Source: Gemmatimonadales bacterium (GTDB lineage: Bacteria; Gemmatimonadota; Gemmatimonadetes; Gemmatimonadales; GWC2-71-9). Taken from it: a stretch of DNA of 58,030 nucleotides. This document shows positions 9,398 to 17,608 of this stretch, one piece after another. Both the position numbers and the translations under genes were made by a program. Where the stretch lies: positions 1-58,030 of the forward strand of contig JBBSHB010000003.1 of the NCBI GenBank assembly GCA_038253515.1, in the 5' to 3' direction. Every line of letters begins with the position of its first letter. Within the stretch, counting starts at the first letter, position 1. Below the pieces are notes generated by a model. The model was not told the origin of the DNA and did not search any database. It saw only the letters and a list, made by a program, of their open reading frames with translations.

Positions 9398-12073
9398 TCA
9401 GGCCGGAGACAACGAAACCAGGATGGTGACGATCGCGTGGGGCGCCGCGGTGAAGCGGACGCCACGCCGATCGGGGTCGAGCGACAGCTCCATCGGGTCT
9501 CCCTGCTCGTCGGCGCGCACCCGCTGCGCCCGCGCCGCCGTCCAGGGAAAGCGCCACCGGCCCTCGCTCGGCACGGCCGACGCGCTGTAGCACCGGAGCA
9601 CGATTCCGCCGCCGGAGTCCGCCGGTTTGAGCGCCGAAAAGATCAGGCCCTTGCCCTCGAGCCCGAGGCCGGCGGGGGCCAGGTGGAGCGCCGTGGCCTG
9701 ACGCAGCCACACGGCGCGCGGCGGCAGGAAGAGATCCTCCCACAGTCGAGGCAGTGTGCCGCCGTCGTCCAGGTCGGGCGCGCCGATGGCCTGCAGCGCG
9801 AGCTGGACGCGCTGGCAGCCTCGCTCCTGAGCCTCGGGTGTCGGCATGGGCCAGCCGGCGTGCCCGGGCCGGGTGGCGAGATCGGCGCGAGAGAGCTGGC
9901 CGACGGCGCGGAACAGCGTGACGACGAGATCGCCTCGGCGGGTGTGCTCGTACTCGAAGAATCCAGGCCCGAAAAGCGCGAGGCCGCGGCCGCGTGACGC
10001 GGCGGCCACGAAGCGGTGAGCCGGAGCCGTCGCGACCGGGGTCTCCCGCGAGTAGCGTCCGTGCGGGTGGACGGGCCGGCGCTCGACCTGTCCGAATGGC
10101 GCGCCGGCCACGGCGCGTCCCCCCCGGACGCCGGAGGGGCAACGCACCCGGAGTCGATGATCGATCGCCTGATTGTCGAGCTCGAGGGTACAACGGAGCG
10201 CGGGGCTCCCGGCGTGGAGGGTCAGCACGAGGCGCACGCCGACGTGACCCGTGGCGACCTCCAGGACTCCCCGCACCTCCAGTGCACCCACCAGCGGACC
10301 CCCGGCGAGCACCCGAACCTCCGGCGGGCGTCGCAGGCGGCGGATCCGATCGCCGTCCGGTGCCGCGTAGGTGTAGGTGTCACCCATGTCGCCGCCGGAC
10401 TCCAGAGCGAAGAGCCCGGCGAAACGCTGACCCGTGGCGCGGTCGTGCAGGCGCACCGACCCGTCACCGGCGACGGCGATCTCGATCAGACCGTTGTCGA
10501 GAGCGCGGGTGGTGGCGTGGACGCCTGGCTGATCCTCCCCCGATGCCGGCCGAGCCGGCACCAGCTCCGCGAGCCCGAACCCCGCCAGGCGCGGCGAGAT
10601 CAGGGCCACCCGCGCGACCTCCACCTCATCCTGGTCGGGATAGTGCCGCGGGGCGTCCAGCCGCTCCTCGCCGGAGGACCTCCCCAATTCCTGGAGCTGC
10701 ACCGGACCGGCAGGCCCGGCCATCCAGAGTGAGGCCGCGGCGCTGGCCGTCCTCGGGGTCCGGCCGCCGGGCGGGCCGATCAGGACGTCGCGTCGGAAGG
10801 AGGTGAGGTCGGCGATGACCACACCGTCCCGCTCCCGGGGGACCGGGTTCCAGATGACCAGGCGTGGCGCCGTCTCCTCGGGGTGCTCCCGGGCCCGGTC
10901 GGGATCGTCGCCGACCAGGGCGCCGAAGGCCGAGCCGGCGATCTCCCGCCCGAGACTCTCCGCGTCCTCGATCCGAGCGACCACCCGCCGGGCGACGGCG
11001 TCCGAAGTGCAGCCGCCGATCGAATCGTGAAATTGGGATCGCACAAGCGTGCGCCAGGCCTGGTGCAGCAGCGGGCGCCGGTCGCCGAGGCCGGCACCCG
11101 CCGCCAGTGCCGCGAGCGGCTCGGCCACCCGCTCCAGCCACAGCTCCGCTTCGGTGTGTCGTCGCTTGAGCGAGGCGCGAGTCCCCTGCACTCCTTGGAG
11201 CGTCCAGGTGTAGCCGTAGGACCAGCGGAGCTCACCGGCCAGCTCGGGCAGGGGGCCGGCATCCTGGGCGGCAGCAGCGAGGAAGTCGCCCAGCCGGGAG
11301 ATCCGCACGTCTCCATCCGGCTCCAGCGCGGCCAGCGTCTCGCGGAGCCCGGCCACCTGGGGGTGGGCAGCATGATGGTCGGCGCCCACGAACACGGCGA
11401 CCTGGGAGGTGGCGGCGCGGGCGGTGAGCGCCGCCCGCAGCGGCGGCCATGCCTCGGCCAGAGAAACGGTGTCGGCCGGCAGCGCGGCACCGACCTCATA
11501 TCCGTCCGGTGGCAGATGGTAGAGCAGCACCGCGCGGCCATCCGGCGCACGCCAGCGGTAGAGGTCACCTTCCTGTCCCGCCTCGCCCCCGAGCCCTCGC
11601 CACAGCACGCCGTAGCCAATTCCGAATTCGGCGGCCAACCCGGGCCAGACGGCCGGATGCCCGAAGGCGTCGGGCGAGTAGAGCACATCGCTGCGACCGC
11701 CGAGGCGCGCGGCGTCGAGCTGGCCGAGGAGGAGGTTGCGAATCAGCGATTCACCCGACGGCACCAGCTCGTCGGCGAGGACATACCAGGGCCCCACTTG
11801 CAGTCGTCCGTTGTGGACGAGGGCGCGGACGCGCTCGGTCTGCTCCGGCCGCACCCGGAGGTAATCCTCGACCAGCACCGTCTGGCCGTCGAGCAGGAAG
11901 CTGCGGAAGGCGGGCTGCCGCTCGAGCCGGTCGATCAGGTCATCGAGCGCGGGGACCAGGCGGGCGAGGAACGCCGCCCGGGGGAGATACCATTCCCGAT
12001 CCCAGTGGGTGTGGGGGATGAGGTGGAAGGTGTAGCGCGACCCCGAGCGGACCGGAACGGACGCGACCGTCAC
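9398..12073 (-). CDS. Glycoside hydrolase family 38 (alpha-mannosidase-like)
   Basis: 891 aa. N-terminal FHLIPHTHWDREWY, PWYVLADELVPSGESLIRNLLLG and later FHDSIGG are GH38 catalytic-domain hallmarks. Confidence 0.85.
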   Translation of the reverse strand: MTVASVPVRSGSRYTFHLIPHTHWDREWYLPRAAFLARLVPALDDLIDRLERQPAFRSFLLDGQTVLVEDYLRVRPEQTERVRALVHNGRLQVGPWYVLADELVPSGESLIRNLLLGQLDAARLGGRSDVLYSPDAFGHPAVWPGLAAEFGIGYGVLWRGLGGEAGQEGDLYRWRAPDGRAVLLYHLPPDGYEVGAALPADTVSLAEAWPPLRAALTARAATSQVAVFVGADHHAAHPQVAGLRETLAALEPDGDVRISRLGDFLAAAAQDAGPLPELAGELRWSYGYTWTLQGVQGTRASLKRRHTEAELWLERVAEPLAALAAGAGLGDRRPLLHQAWRTLVRSQFHDSIGGCTSDAVARRVVARIEDAESLGREIAGSAFGALVGDDPDRAREHPEETAPRLVIWNPVPRERDGVVIADLTSFRRDVLIGPPGGRTPRTASAAASLWMAGPAGPVQLQELGRSSGEERLDAPRHYPDQDEVEVARVALISPRLAGFGLAELVPARPASGEDQPGVHATTRALDNGLIEIAVAGDGSVRLHDRATGQRFAGLFALESGGDMGDTYTYAAPDGDRIRRLRRPPEVRVLAGGPLVGALEVRGVLEVATGHVGVRLVLTLHAGSPALRCTLELDNQAIDHRLRVRCPSGVRGGRAVAGAPFGQVERRPVHPHGRYSRETPVATAPAHRFVAAASRGRGLALFGPGFFEYEHTRRGDLVVTLFRAVGQLSRADLATRPGHAGWPMPTPEAQERGCQRVQLALQAIGAPDLDDGGTLPRLWEDLFLPPRAVWLRQATALHLAPAGLGLEGKGLIFSALKPADSGGGIVLRCYSASAVPSEGRWRFPWTAARAQRVRADEQGDPMELSLDPDRRGVRFTAAPHAIVTILVSLSPA

Positions 12074-12366
12074 TCGTAGTCGATGAAAGGCTCGGTCAGG
12101 AGTCGAGCCCCTCGTGGGCGGTACTCGAAGAGATGGGTGATCCGAAGCGTGCCGTCAAGGCGCTCGACCCGCGTCTCCGTGAGGGCGAGATCCGGCAGAT
12201 CGGCCAGGCCGAGCTGGGTGAGCCGTTCCGCCTCTCGCCGGCAGACGTCGCCGGGGGTCGGGCGGCTGGCGGGATAGGCGTCCTCATGATGCCGGATCAG
12301 CCGGTCCCAGTGCTCGTCGCCCGCGCGCTCCACCGCAGCCCGAACGTCCTCATGCGTAAACGGCAC
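12070..12366 (-). CDS. Hypothetical 98-aa protein, translationally coupled to GH38
   Basis: GTG start. Its stop overlaps the GH38 start by 4 nt. I recognise no family. Confidence 0.45.
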   Translation of the reverse strand: MPFTHEDVRAAVERAGDEHWDRLIRHHEDAYPASRPTPGDVCRREAERLTQLGLADLPDLALTETRVERLDGTLRITHLFEYRPRGARLLTEPFIDYE

Positions 12367-12382
12367 GGACCCGTCCCGCCCA

Positions 12383-12547
12383 CTAGCTGTTCGACGAGCT
12401 GAATGCCCACCGCGCCACGAGCAGGGCGAAGAGGCCGACGATGAGATACTGCAGGCCCGACCAGTTCAGGCCCTCGCCGATCGACCGCAGGTCGGTGGCG
12501 AACCCGTGGGCGGAGTTGCTCGCGAGCAGCAGTGCGTATTCGACCAC
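12383..12547 (-). CDS. Unannotated 54-codon ORF, putative small single-pass membrane protein
   Basis: Below the track length cut-off. GTG at 12547 is preceded by GGGAGGGA. It translates to VVEYALLLASNSAHGFATDLRSIGEGLNWSGLQYLIVGLFALLVARWAFSSSNS with a C-terminal hydrophobic helix. It fills an otherwise empty 230-nt gap in the operon. Confidence 0.3.
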   Translation of the reverse strand: MVEYALLLASNSAHGFATDLRSIGEGLNWSGLQYLIVGLFALLVARWAFSSSNS

Positions 12548-12598
12548 GGTCCCTCCCGGGGAGGCCTTCTGTTAGTGTACGCCCGGGAACCCTCAACG

Positions 12599-13753
12599 TC
12601 AACGCGCCCTTCCGGCCTCGACCGACAGGAGCCGGCGGCTGGCGGCCTGGAACCGGTCCCGGTCCAGCAGCCCGGCGATCGACAGTGCAGGCACCTGCAT
12701 CCATCCCTCGGAGGACATCGTCAGCTCGATCACATCGATACCGGGGCCGAACCAGCGGGCGCTGGGCTCGAGGTCCGACGGGTAGACGAAGCCGGGGAGG
12801 CTGGCCGCCGCCAGCGCCGCCTGAGAGCCGAGGCCCGACTCGGGCATGGTTCCGGCCCAGAGCGCGGCGTTGGCCGCCGCGGCGATGCGCACGATCCGGC
12901 AGACCTCGGACAACCCGCCTACCCGGTGCACCTTCACGTTCCACGTCCGCGGTCCGTCCAGCTCGACGAGCTGGCGGGCCGCACGGGCATCGCGCAGCGT
13001 CTCGTCGACGCAGACGGGGGTCCGAAGCGTCTGGGAAAGCCGGACATGGCCGACCAGGTCGTCCGGGGGGAGCGGCTGCTCGAAGTAGAGCAGCCCGGCG
13101 TCGTCCAGCGAGCGGAGGGCCGCTTCGTGCTCCGGCCATTCATAGCTGCCGTTGGCATCGACCGTGAGCGGCAGCGCGGTTCCGGCGAGGGCCTCCCGGG
13201 CCGCGTTCACCGGGATCGCGTCCCAGCCGGGCGCGACCTTGATCTTGACCCGCCGGTAGCCCTTGGTGAGAGCTGCCTCGATCCAGCGCTGCAGGGTACC
13301 CGGAGAGCGATCCTGGGGGATCCCGAGGGCGACACCACAGGGAATGGCGGGCGCGGGCGAAAGGCCCAGCCGCTCGCCCAGCAGTGCCGCGAGGCCGCCG
13401 CCCCGCCGATGGGCCTCCAGGTCCCAGGCCGCCGTCTCCAGTGCCGAACGGGCGAACGGATTGCCGCGGACACCGGCCCGGAGCAATTCGTCCACCGCCT
13501 CGGGGCCGGCGAGCTCCTGCCCCAGGAGACGAGGGATGAGCAGCTCCGTCAGCAGCAGCCGTGCCCCTCCCAGCGTCTCCTCCGAGTAGAACGGCAGCTC
13601 GAAGGGGGGCGACTCGCCGTAGCCGACGTGCCCGTCGTCACCGTGCAGCGCCACCACGAGTGAGCGGCGCTCCGTCATGGTGCCGCCGGAGATGATGAAC
13701 GGCTCCAGGAGGGGCAGCGTCAGGTCGTACAGCTCGATGCGGCTGATGCGCAT
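12599..13753 (-). CDS. Enolase-superfamily enzyme, OSBS / N-succinylamino-acid racemase (MLE subgroup) type
   Basis: M53 of track ORF 12599..13909. Motifs are YRRVKIKVAPGWD, TVDANGSYE and the later YFEQPL and CVDE acid residues characteristic of the OSBS/NAAAR family. Confidence 0.8.
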   Translation of the reverse strand: MRISRIELYDLTLPLLEPFIISGGTMTERRSLVVALHGDDGHVGYGESPPFELPFYSEETLGGARLLLTELLIPRLLGQELAGPEAVDELLRAGVRGNPFARSALETAAWDLEAHRRGGGLAALLGERLGLSPAPAIPCGVALGIPQDRSPGTLQRWIEAALTKGYRRVKIKVAPGWDAIPVNAAREALAGTALPLTVDANGSYEWPEHEAALRSLDDAGLLYFEQPLPPDDLVGHVRLSQTLRTPVCVDETLRDARAARQLVELDGPRTWNVKVHRVGGLSEVCRIVRIAAAANAALWAGTMPESGLGSQAALAAASLPGFVYPSDLEPSARWFGPGIDVIELTMSSEGWMQVPALSIAGLLDRDRFQAASRRLLSVEAGRAR

Positions 13754-13760
13754 GCGGGGC

Positions 13761-14897
13761 TCAGACCGGGTGGACGACGTCGAGGAAGCGCAGCTCGCCG
13801 GCCTGCCGCTCGATCCGCCCCTCCGCCTCCAGCGCGAGCATGCCGGCCACCAGGCCGTCCTCGGGATGGAAGAGCAGCGCATGCAGCGCGCGCTGGGTGC
13901 GAGTACCACCCAGTGCCGGGTACTGCGAGAGGGGAAGCTGGAAGAAGCTGTGCAGCTCGACGCTCTCGCAGCCGAGCCGGGCGTAGTCCAGCAGCATCCG
14001 GCCAGAGCAGATGTTCCCGGTGCCGACCAGCGGCGGCAGCGGATGCGGCCGCGCGGCCTGGAGCACCCGAAGGTTGCGATCGCTCAGGTCGTACCCCCCG
14101 TACGCGACGGCGCGCGTGGGATCCCACAACCGATTGAAGCAGACCAGCGAGTCCGCCTCTCCGCAGGCGTTGAGCATCTCGAGCTGGAACGAGTCGTCGA
14201 AGCGGGCGTTCATCAGTTTGACGGCGAGCCGCACCTTGGTGGCGCCTGCCCCGGTCCGAACCTGGCCCGGCACCTCGCGCAGCCAGCGGAGGACCTGCGG
14301 CCGCTCGTCGGCGAGCGGGTCTCCGGCGAGAGTAGGAGAGAAGTCCTTCTCCAGCGGCAGCTCGTCGCCGCCCCACGCGGCGGCCAGCCGCTCGGTGGTA
14401 TAGCGATACTCGGCCCCCCGGAACGGCTCGTGCAGGCGAGGGAGGTGGTACTTCGCCGAGGGCACCACGACCATTTCACCCGCCCGGGTGAGGTCCGCCG
14501 CGAGCCGCACCAGTGCCAGGTACTCCTCGAACGACCGATCCCAGCCGCGTCCCTTCCAGGTGACCGTCCACCCCTCGCGCCCGGTACTCGAGACCCGGGG
14601 CTCGACCCGCATCCGGGTCTCATGTACCGCCCAGGCACCCATCGAGCGCTCTCCCGCGGGGTCCTCGGCGATGACCGTCTTGAGCACCACGAAGGCCAGT
14701 CCGGCCGCGCGATCGGCCTCGATCTGCTCGGCGTTGAGCGACAACTGCCCCGAGCCTTTGCCGATGGGGTGCGGAAGGGAGTAGCCGAGATAGCGCGCGG
14801 TCAGATCGATGTGATATGCCTCCCGGATGTGCCCGGCGGGATCGGGAGGCAGGTCGCGCCGGAAGCGCTCGAAGTCACGCTGCAGTTGCCCGCGCAT
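13761..14897 (-). CDS. Dihydroorotate/dihydropyrimidine dehydrogenase-like FMN TIM-barrel protein
   Basis: HPIGKGSGQ, FVVLKTVI and GTGNICSGRMLLDYARLGCESVELHS resemble class-1 DHOD-family motifs. The start is taken at the internal ATG (M25). Confidence 0.6.
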   Translation of the reverse strand: MRGQLQRDFERFRRDLPPDPAGHIREAYHIDLTARYLGYSLPHPIGKGSGQLSLNAEQIEADRAAGLAFVVLKTVIAEDPAGERSMGAWAVHETRMRVEPRVSSTGREGWTVTWKGRGWDRSFEEYLALVRLAADLTRAGEMVVVPSAKYHLPRLHEPFRGAEYRYTTERLAAAWGGDELPLEKDFSPTLAGDPLADERPQVLRWLREVPGQVRTGAGATKVRLAVKLMNARFDDSFQLEMLNACGEADSLVCFNRLWDPTRAVAYGGYDLSDRNLRVLQAARPHPLPPLVGTGNICSGRMLLDYARLGCESVELHSFFQLPLSQYPALGGTRTQRALHALLFHPEDGLVAGMLALEAEGRIERQAGELRFLDVVHPV

Positions 14898-15753
14898 CCC
14901 GCACCGTCTGTTCCACCAGGGCGCGCTCCGCCTCCGGCAGCGCGGGTCCCCACGGGTCGTCGCAGGCATCAGGCGGCAGTGCTCCGTCCGCCGCCGCGGC
15001 CCAGAGCATCCGACGAATGTACCCCTCCATCGGCGCGATGAACGTGGCCTGGGCGAGGCGGTCGCAGAGCCCGGAGAGGGGCACGAATCGGGGCCAGTCC
15101 TTCGCCGCGCAGGCGCGGAGCAGATCGACCTGCAGATCGGGCAGCGCCGCGCCCATCCCGATGAGCGCCGCGCGCGCGCCGAGGAGGAGGGAGTAGCCCA
15201 GGAATCGATCCTCGCCAGTGATGAGCAGCTTGTCCGGGTGCCGCCGCATCAGCGCGGCGATCCGCTGGAAGGTCATCACCGAATCGAGTGTGGCGACCTT
15301 GATACCGATCACGTCGGGGAGGTCGAGGATGGCGTCCAGGGTGGCATCGTCGTAGGCCACGCCACCTGCGGCGTCGTACAGGTAGAAGGCGATGACCGGC
15401 AGCTCGCGGCTCAGGCGCAGATGATGGGCGACGGGATCGTGCCGCTCGGGGAACGCCAGCAGCGCGTCGGCCCGTCCCCGCCGCGCCTCGATCGCCATGC
15501 CGATGTCGCGCGCGCCCGCCACCAGCACCCGGTCGGCCAGCGCCTCCCGCCAGGCGTCGAGCACGAGACGGCGCTGTTCCGGCCGGAGGAGCGGGCCACG
15601 TCCGGTGTGCGCCCAGACCGCCACGCCGGCGACCGGCTGAGCGGCCATCCATCCCGCGTAGCGCCGTTGCGCCGCCTCGTCCAGCTGGTCGCCCCGGAAG
15701 GGGACGGGCACCGCGGGCACCAGGCCCCAGGCGAGCCGTTCCGTCAGCTCCAT
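14875..15753 (-). CDS. Dihydrodipicolinate synthase (DapA/NAL) family class-I aldolase-like protein
   Basis: This is the last 292 codons of track ORF 14875..16551, starting MELTERLAWGLVPAVPVPF. IGIKVAT carries the family Schiff-base Lys position. Its start shares one nt with the upstream stop (TGATG). Confidence 0.65.
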   Translation of the reverse strand: MELTERLAWGLVPAVPVPFRGDQLDEAAQRRYAGWMAAQPVAGVAVWAHTGRGPLLRPEQRRLVLDAWREALADRVLVAGARDIGMAIEARRGRADALLAFPERHDPVAHHLRLSRELPVIAFYLYDAAGGVAYDDATLDAILDLPDVIGIKVATLDSVMTFQRIAALMRRHPDKLLITGEDRFLGYSLLLGARAALIGMGAALPDLQVDLLRACAAKDWPRFVPLSGLCDRLAQATFIAPMEGYIRRMLWAAAADGALPPDACDDPWGPALPEAERALVEQTVRDARATAA

Positions 15754-16532
15754 CAGCTCGGCCGGCGTCGGAGGGAGTCGGCGTTGCCGCCCTCGATGGC
15801 GACGCGTTGCTCCCCGCCGAGCTCGAGCAGATCCAGCTTGGCCCCCGCGTTCTCGGGCAGACGAAGCGGCTGCCCGGTGCCGAGCACGAAGCGGTCGACA
15901 CCAATGGTCCGAAGCAGCGTCTGCAGATGATCCTCGGGCGGCCCCCAGATCCAGCAGATATCCCACCAGATCCTCGCGGCCTCCGCCGGGGTGGAGCCGA
16001 AGTGCACCTCTTCCACGAACGGGCGATCGGCGTGGGTGACCAGCAGGCGAACGCCAGGGTCGCTTCGGACCAGAGCCCGGACCGCGGAGGCAGGCAGCTC
16101 GGCGGCCTGATCGTTCGGGTGGCGTTGACGTGCGTCTTCCAGCCGGACAGCCAGCACGAGCGGCATGTCCAGAGCCCCGCAGGCGGCGGCGAGGGCCCGC
16201 ATCTCCAGGCCGGCCGGGTCCATCCCGTAGAAGGTCGGATCGGCCCGCACTGCCGGTGCGCCGGCATCGCTGGCTCGGGCGAGCGCCTCGTCCCAGTGCG
16301 CCAGTCCGGGGTGGACCGCCGGAACCGGCCGGAGGCGCGGGGAGAGCCGAGTAGTCTCGAGCAGCCACGCGTTGCCTTCGATCGGATCCCGCCAGAAGAT
16401 GCCGGGCAGATGGGTGATCCAGGCCTCGTCCAGCCCGACCCGGTCCATGGCGGCGAGGACCGCGTCGGGCGAGGTACCGGGCACGCGCCGGAACGGGTAG
16501 GCGCCCACGAAGGCGTTGACGTCGATGCGCAT
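15753..16532 (-). CDS. Amidohydro_2-like protein lacking the metal-binding HxH and C-terminal Asp (degenerate paralogue)
   Basis: M46 of track ORF 15753..16667. The N-terminus is MRIDVNAFVG where the family has IDxHxH, and the C-terminal region reads FVLGTGQPL where paralogues have G-x-D. Confidence 0.65.
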   Translation of the reverse strand: MRIDVNAFVGAYPFRRVPGTSPDAVLAAMDRVGLDEAWITHLPGIFWRDPIEGNAWLLETTRLSPRLRPVPAVHPGLAHWDEALARASDAGAPAVRADPTFYGMDPAGLEMRALAAACGALDMPLVLAVRLEDARQRHPNDQAAELPASAVRALVRSDPGVRLLVTHADRPFVEEVHFGSTPAEAARIWWDICWIWGPPEDHLQTLLRTIGVDRFVLGTGQPLRLPENAGAKLDLLELGGEQRVAIEGGNADSLRRRPS

Positions 16533-17332
16533 CAATCGCTCGGGAAGGCACCCGCAGGAAAGATCCGCGCGGCGTTCCGCCAGCCGACCAGCTCGAGCTC
16601 GTCGGGCGAGAGGAGATGGCTCAGATAGCGGAGCTTGGCCCAGCCGGTCTCGATGGTGAGATCGCAACCCCAGAGGAGGCGCTCTGCCCCGACGGCCGCG
16701 ATGCAGGCCTCGAGCATCCCGCCATCGACCCCGCTGCCCGAGAGGTCCACCAGGATGTTCGGGAGATCACGAATGACCGGGAGCGAGTGGAGCCAGTCGC
16801 CTCCCCCGCCGATGTGGGCCAGGAGGAATGGAACCGCCGGGTGCCGCCGGGCGAGGTCGGCCAGCTCGCAGGCATCGGATGCCTCCTGCCCCGGGTAGTC
16901 GCGCCGGCGGTGCTGCCAGACGTGGTGCAGGACCGGCACCCCGCGCTCGAGGGCGGCGCGACAAATCGGATCGAGCAGCGGATGGTCGGCCCGGCGGCTC
17001 GCCGCCAGCTTGATGCCGATCATCCCGGCGTCGAGACAGCGCCCGATCTCGGCCAGCGACTCGGCGGTGTAGTTGGGGTTCACCGTCACGTAGCCGCGGA
17101 TACGGCCGGGATGGTCGCGCTGGAGGGCGAGCAGAAAATCGTTGGCGTAACGCAGGTCGGTGAGAGAAGGAAAGTAGGTGGGAGAGGTATGGCCCCAGCT
17201 TCCCAGGATCGAGGCGACGTGGACCGTGATGCCCACGCGCTCGCCCCCGCGGAGCCGGCTGGCGTTGCGCTCTCGCCAGTCGGCCCGCGGGGTGCGGTCG
17301 TGCAGGAAGTGCGCATGAACGTCGATCAACAT
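16532..17332 (-). CDS. Amidohydro_2 family metal-dependent hydrolase
   Basis: MLIDVHAHFLHD (HxH), HHVWQH, AHIGGG and LLWGCDL match the TIM-barrel amidohydrolase-2 ligand pattern. Confidence 0.85.
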   Translation of the reverse strand: MLIDVHAHFLHDRTPRADWRERNASRLRGGERVGITVHVASILGSWGHTSPTYFPSLTDLRYANDFLLALQRDHPGRIRGYVTVNPNYTAESLAEIGRCLDAGMIGIKLAASRRADHPLLDPICRAALERGVPVLHHVWQHRRRDYPGQEASDACELADLARRHPAVPFLLAHIGGGGDWLHSLPVIRDLPNILVDLSGSGVDGGMLEACIAAVGAERLLWGCDLTIETGWAKLRYLSHLLSPDELELVGWRNAARIFPAGAFPSD

Positions 17333-17337
17333 CCCCG

Positions 17338-17514
17338 CTATTCCTCCTCCGGTTCCTCCTCCCGCTCCTCGCCCGCGGCATCGTTGGTGCCGATTGCGTC
17401 CTCATCCTCGTCGTGCAGCGTCAGGTCGGTCTCCTCCGCCAGCTCTTCCTCCACTGCTCCATCCTCGTCGTCGATGTCGTCCAGGTCATCGATGGTCGGT
17501 TTTCTCGGTGCCAT
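17338..17514 (-). CDS. Unannotated 58-aa poly-acidic micro-protein
   Basis: The ATG at 17514 is preceded by GGGAGGG with a 4-nt spacer. The sequence is MAPRKPTIDDLDDIDDEDGAVEEELAEETDLTLHDEDEDAIGTNDAAGEEREEEPEEE, with 28 of 58 residues D/E and 3 K/R. Its stop is 5 nt before the amidohydrolase start. Confidence 0.45.
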   Translation of the reverse strand: MAPRKPTIDDLDDIDDEDGAVEEELAEETDLTLHDEDEDAIGTNDAAGEEREEEPEEE

Positions 17515-17536
17515 CTCGCCCTCCCGATCCCTTGCT

Positions 17537-17569
17537 GGTGCGTCGCCGGTGCGTCGCCGGTGCGTCGCA
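17537..17569. repeat. 3 x 11-bp perfect tandem repeat (GGTGCGTCGCC) in the leader of the acidic micro-ORF
   Basis: GGTGCGTCGCC GGTGCGTCGCC GGTGCGTCGCa, read directly from the sequence. It lies 23-55 nt upstream of the ATG at 17514 and inside the only sizeable intergenic gap of the operon. Confidence 0.9.
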
Positions 17570-17608
17570 TGCCAGTCACGCGATCCCGACCCTGGGAATC
17601 TAGGCGGA

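Noticed and set aside
12383-12547. 54-codon ORF as an Flp-type pilin because of VEYALLLA
   Set aside because: There is no leader peptide with Gly before the EY. The segment after EYALLLA is polar. There are no tad/cpa genes nearby.
15754-16551. N-terminal 266 codons of ORF 14875..16551
   Set aside because: It is an out-of-frame overlap of the degenerate amidohydrolase gene with Arg/Gly/Pro-rich composition. The real DHDPS-like protein starts at the internal ATG at 15753.
17338-17514. Acidic micro-ORF as a Pup-like modifier
   Set aside because: It has no C-terminal GGQ/GGE, and there are no PafA/Dop/proteasome genes nearby. Only the size and acidity are similar.
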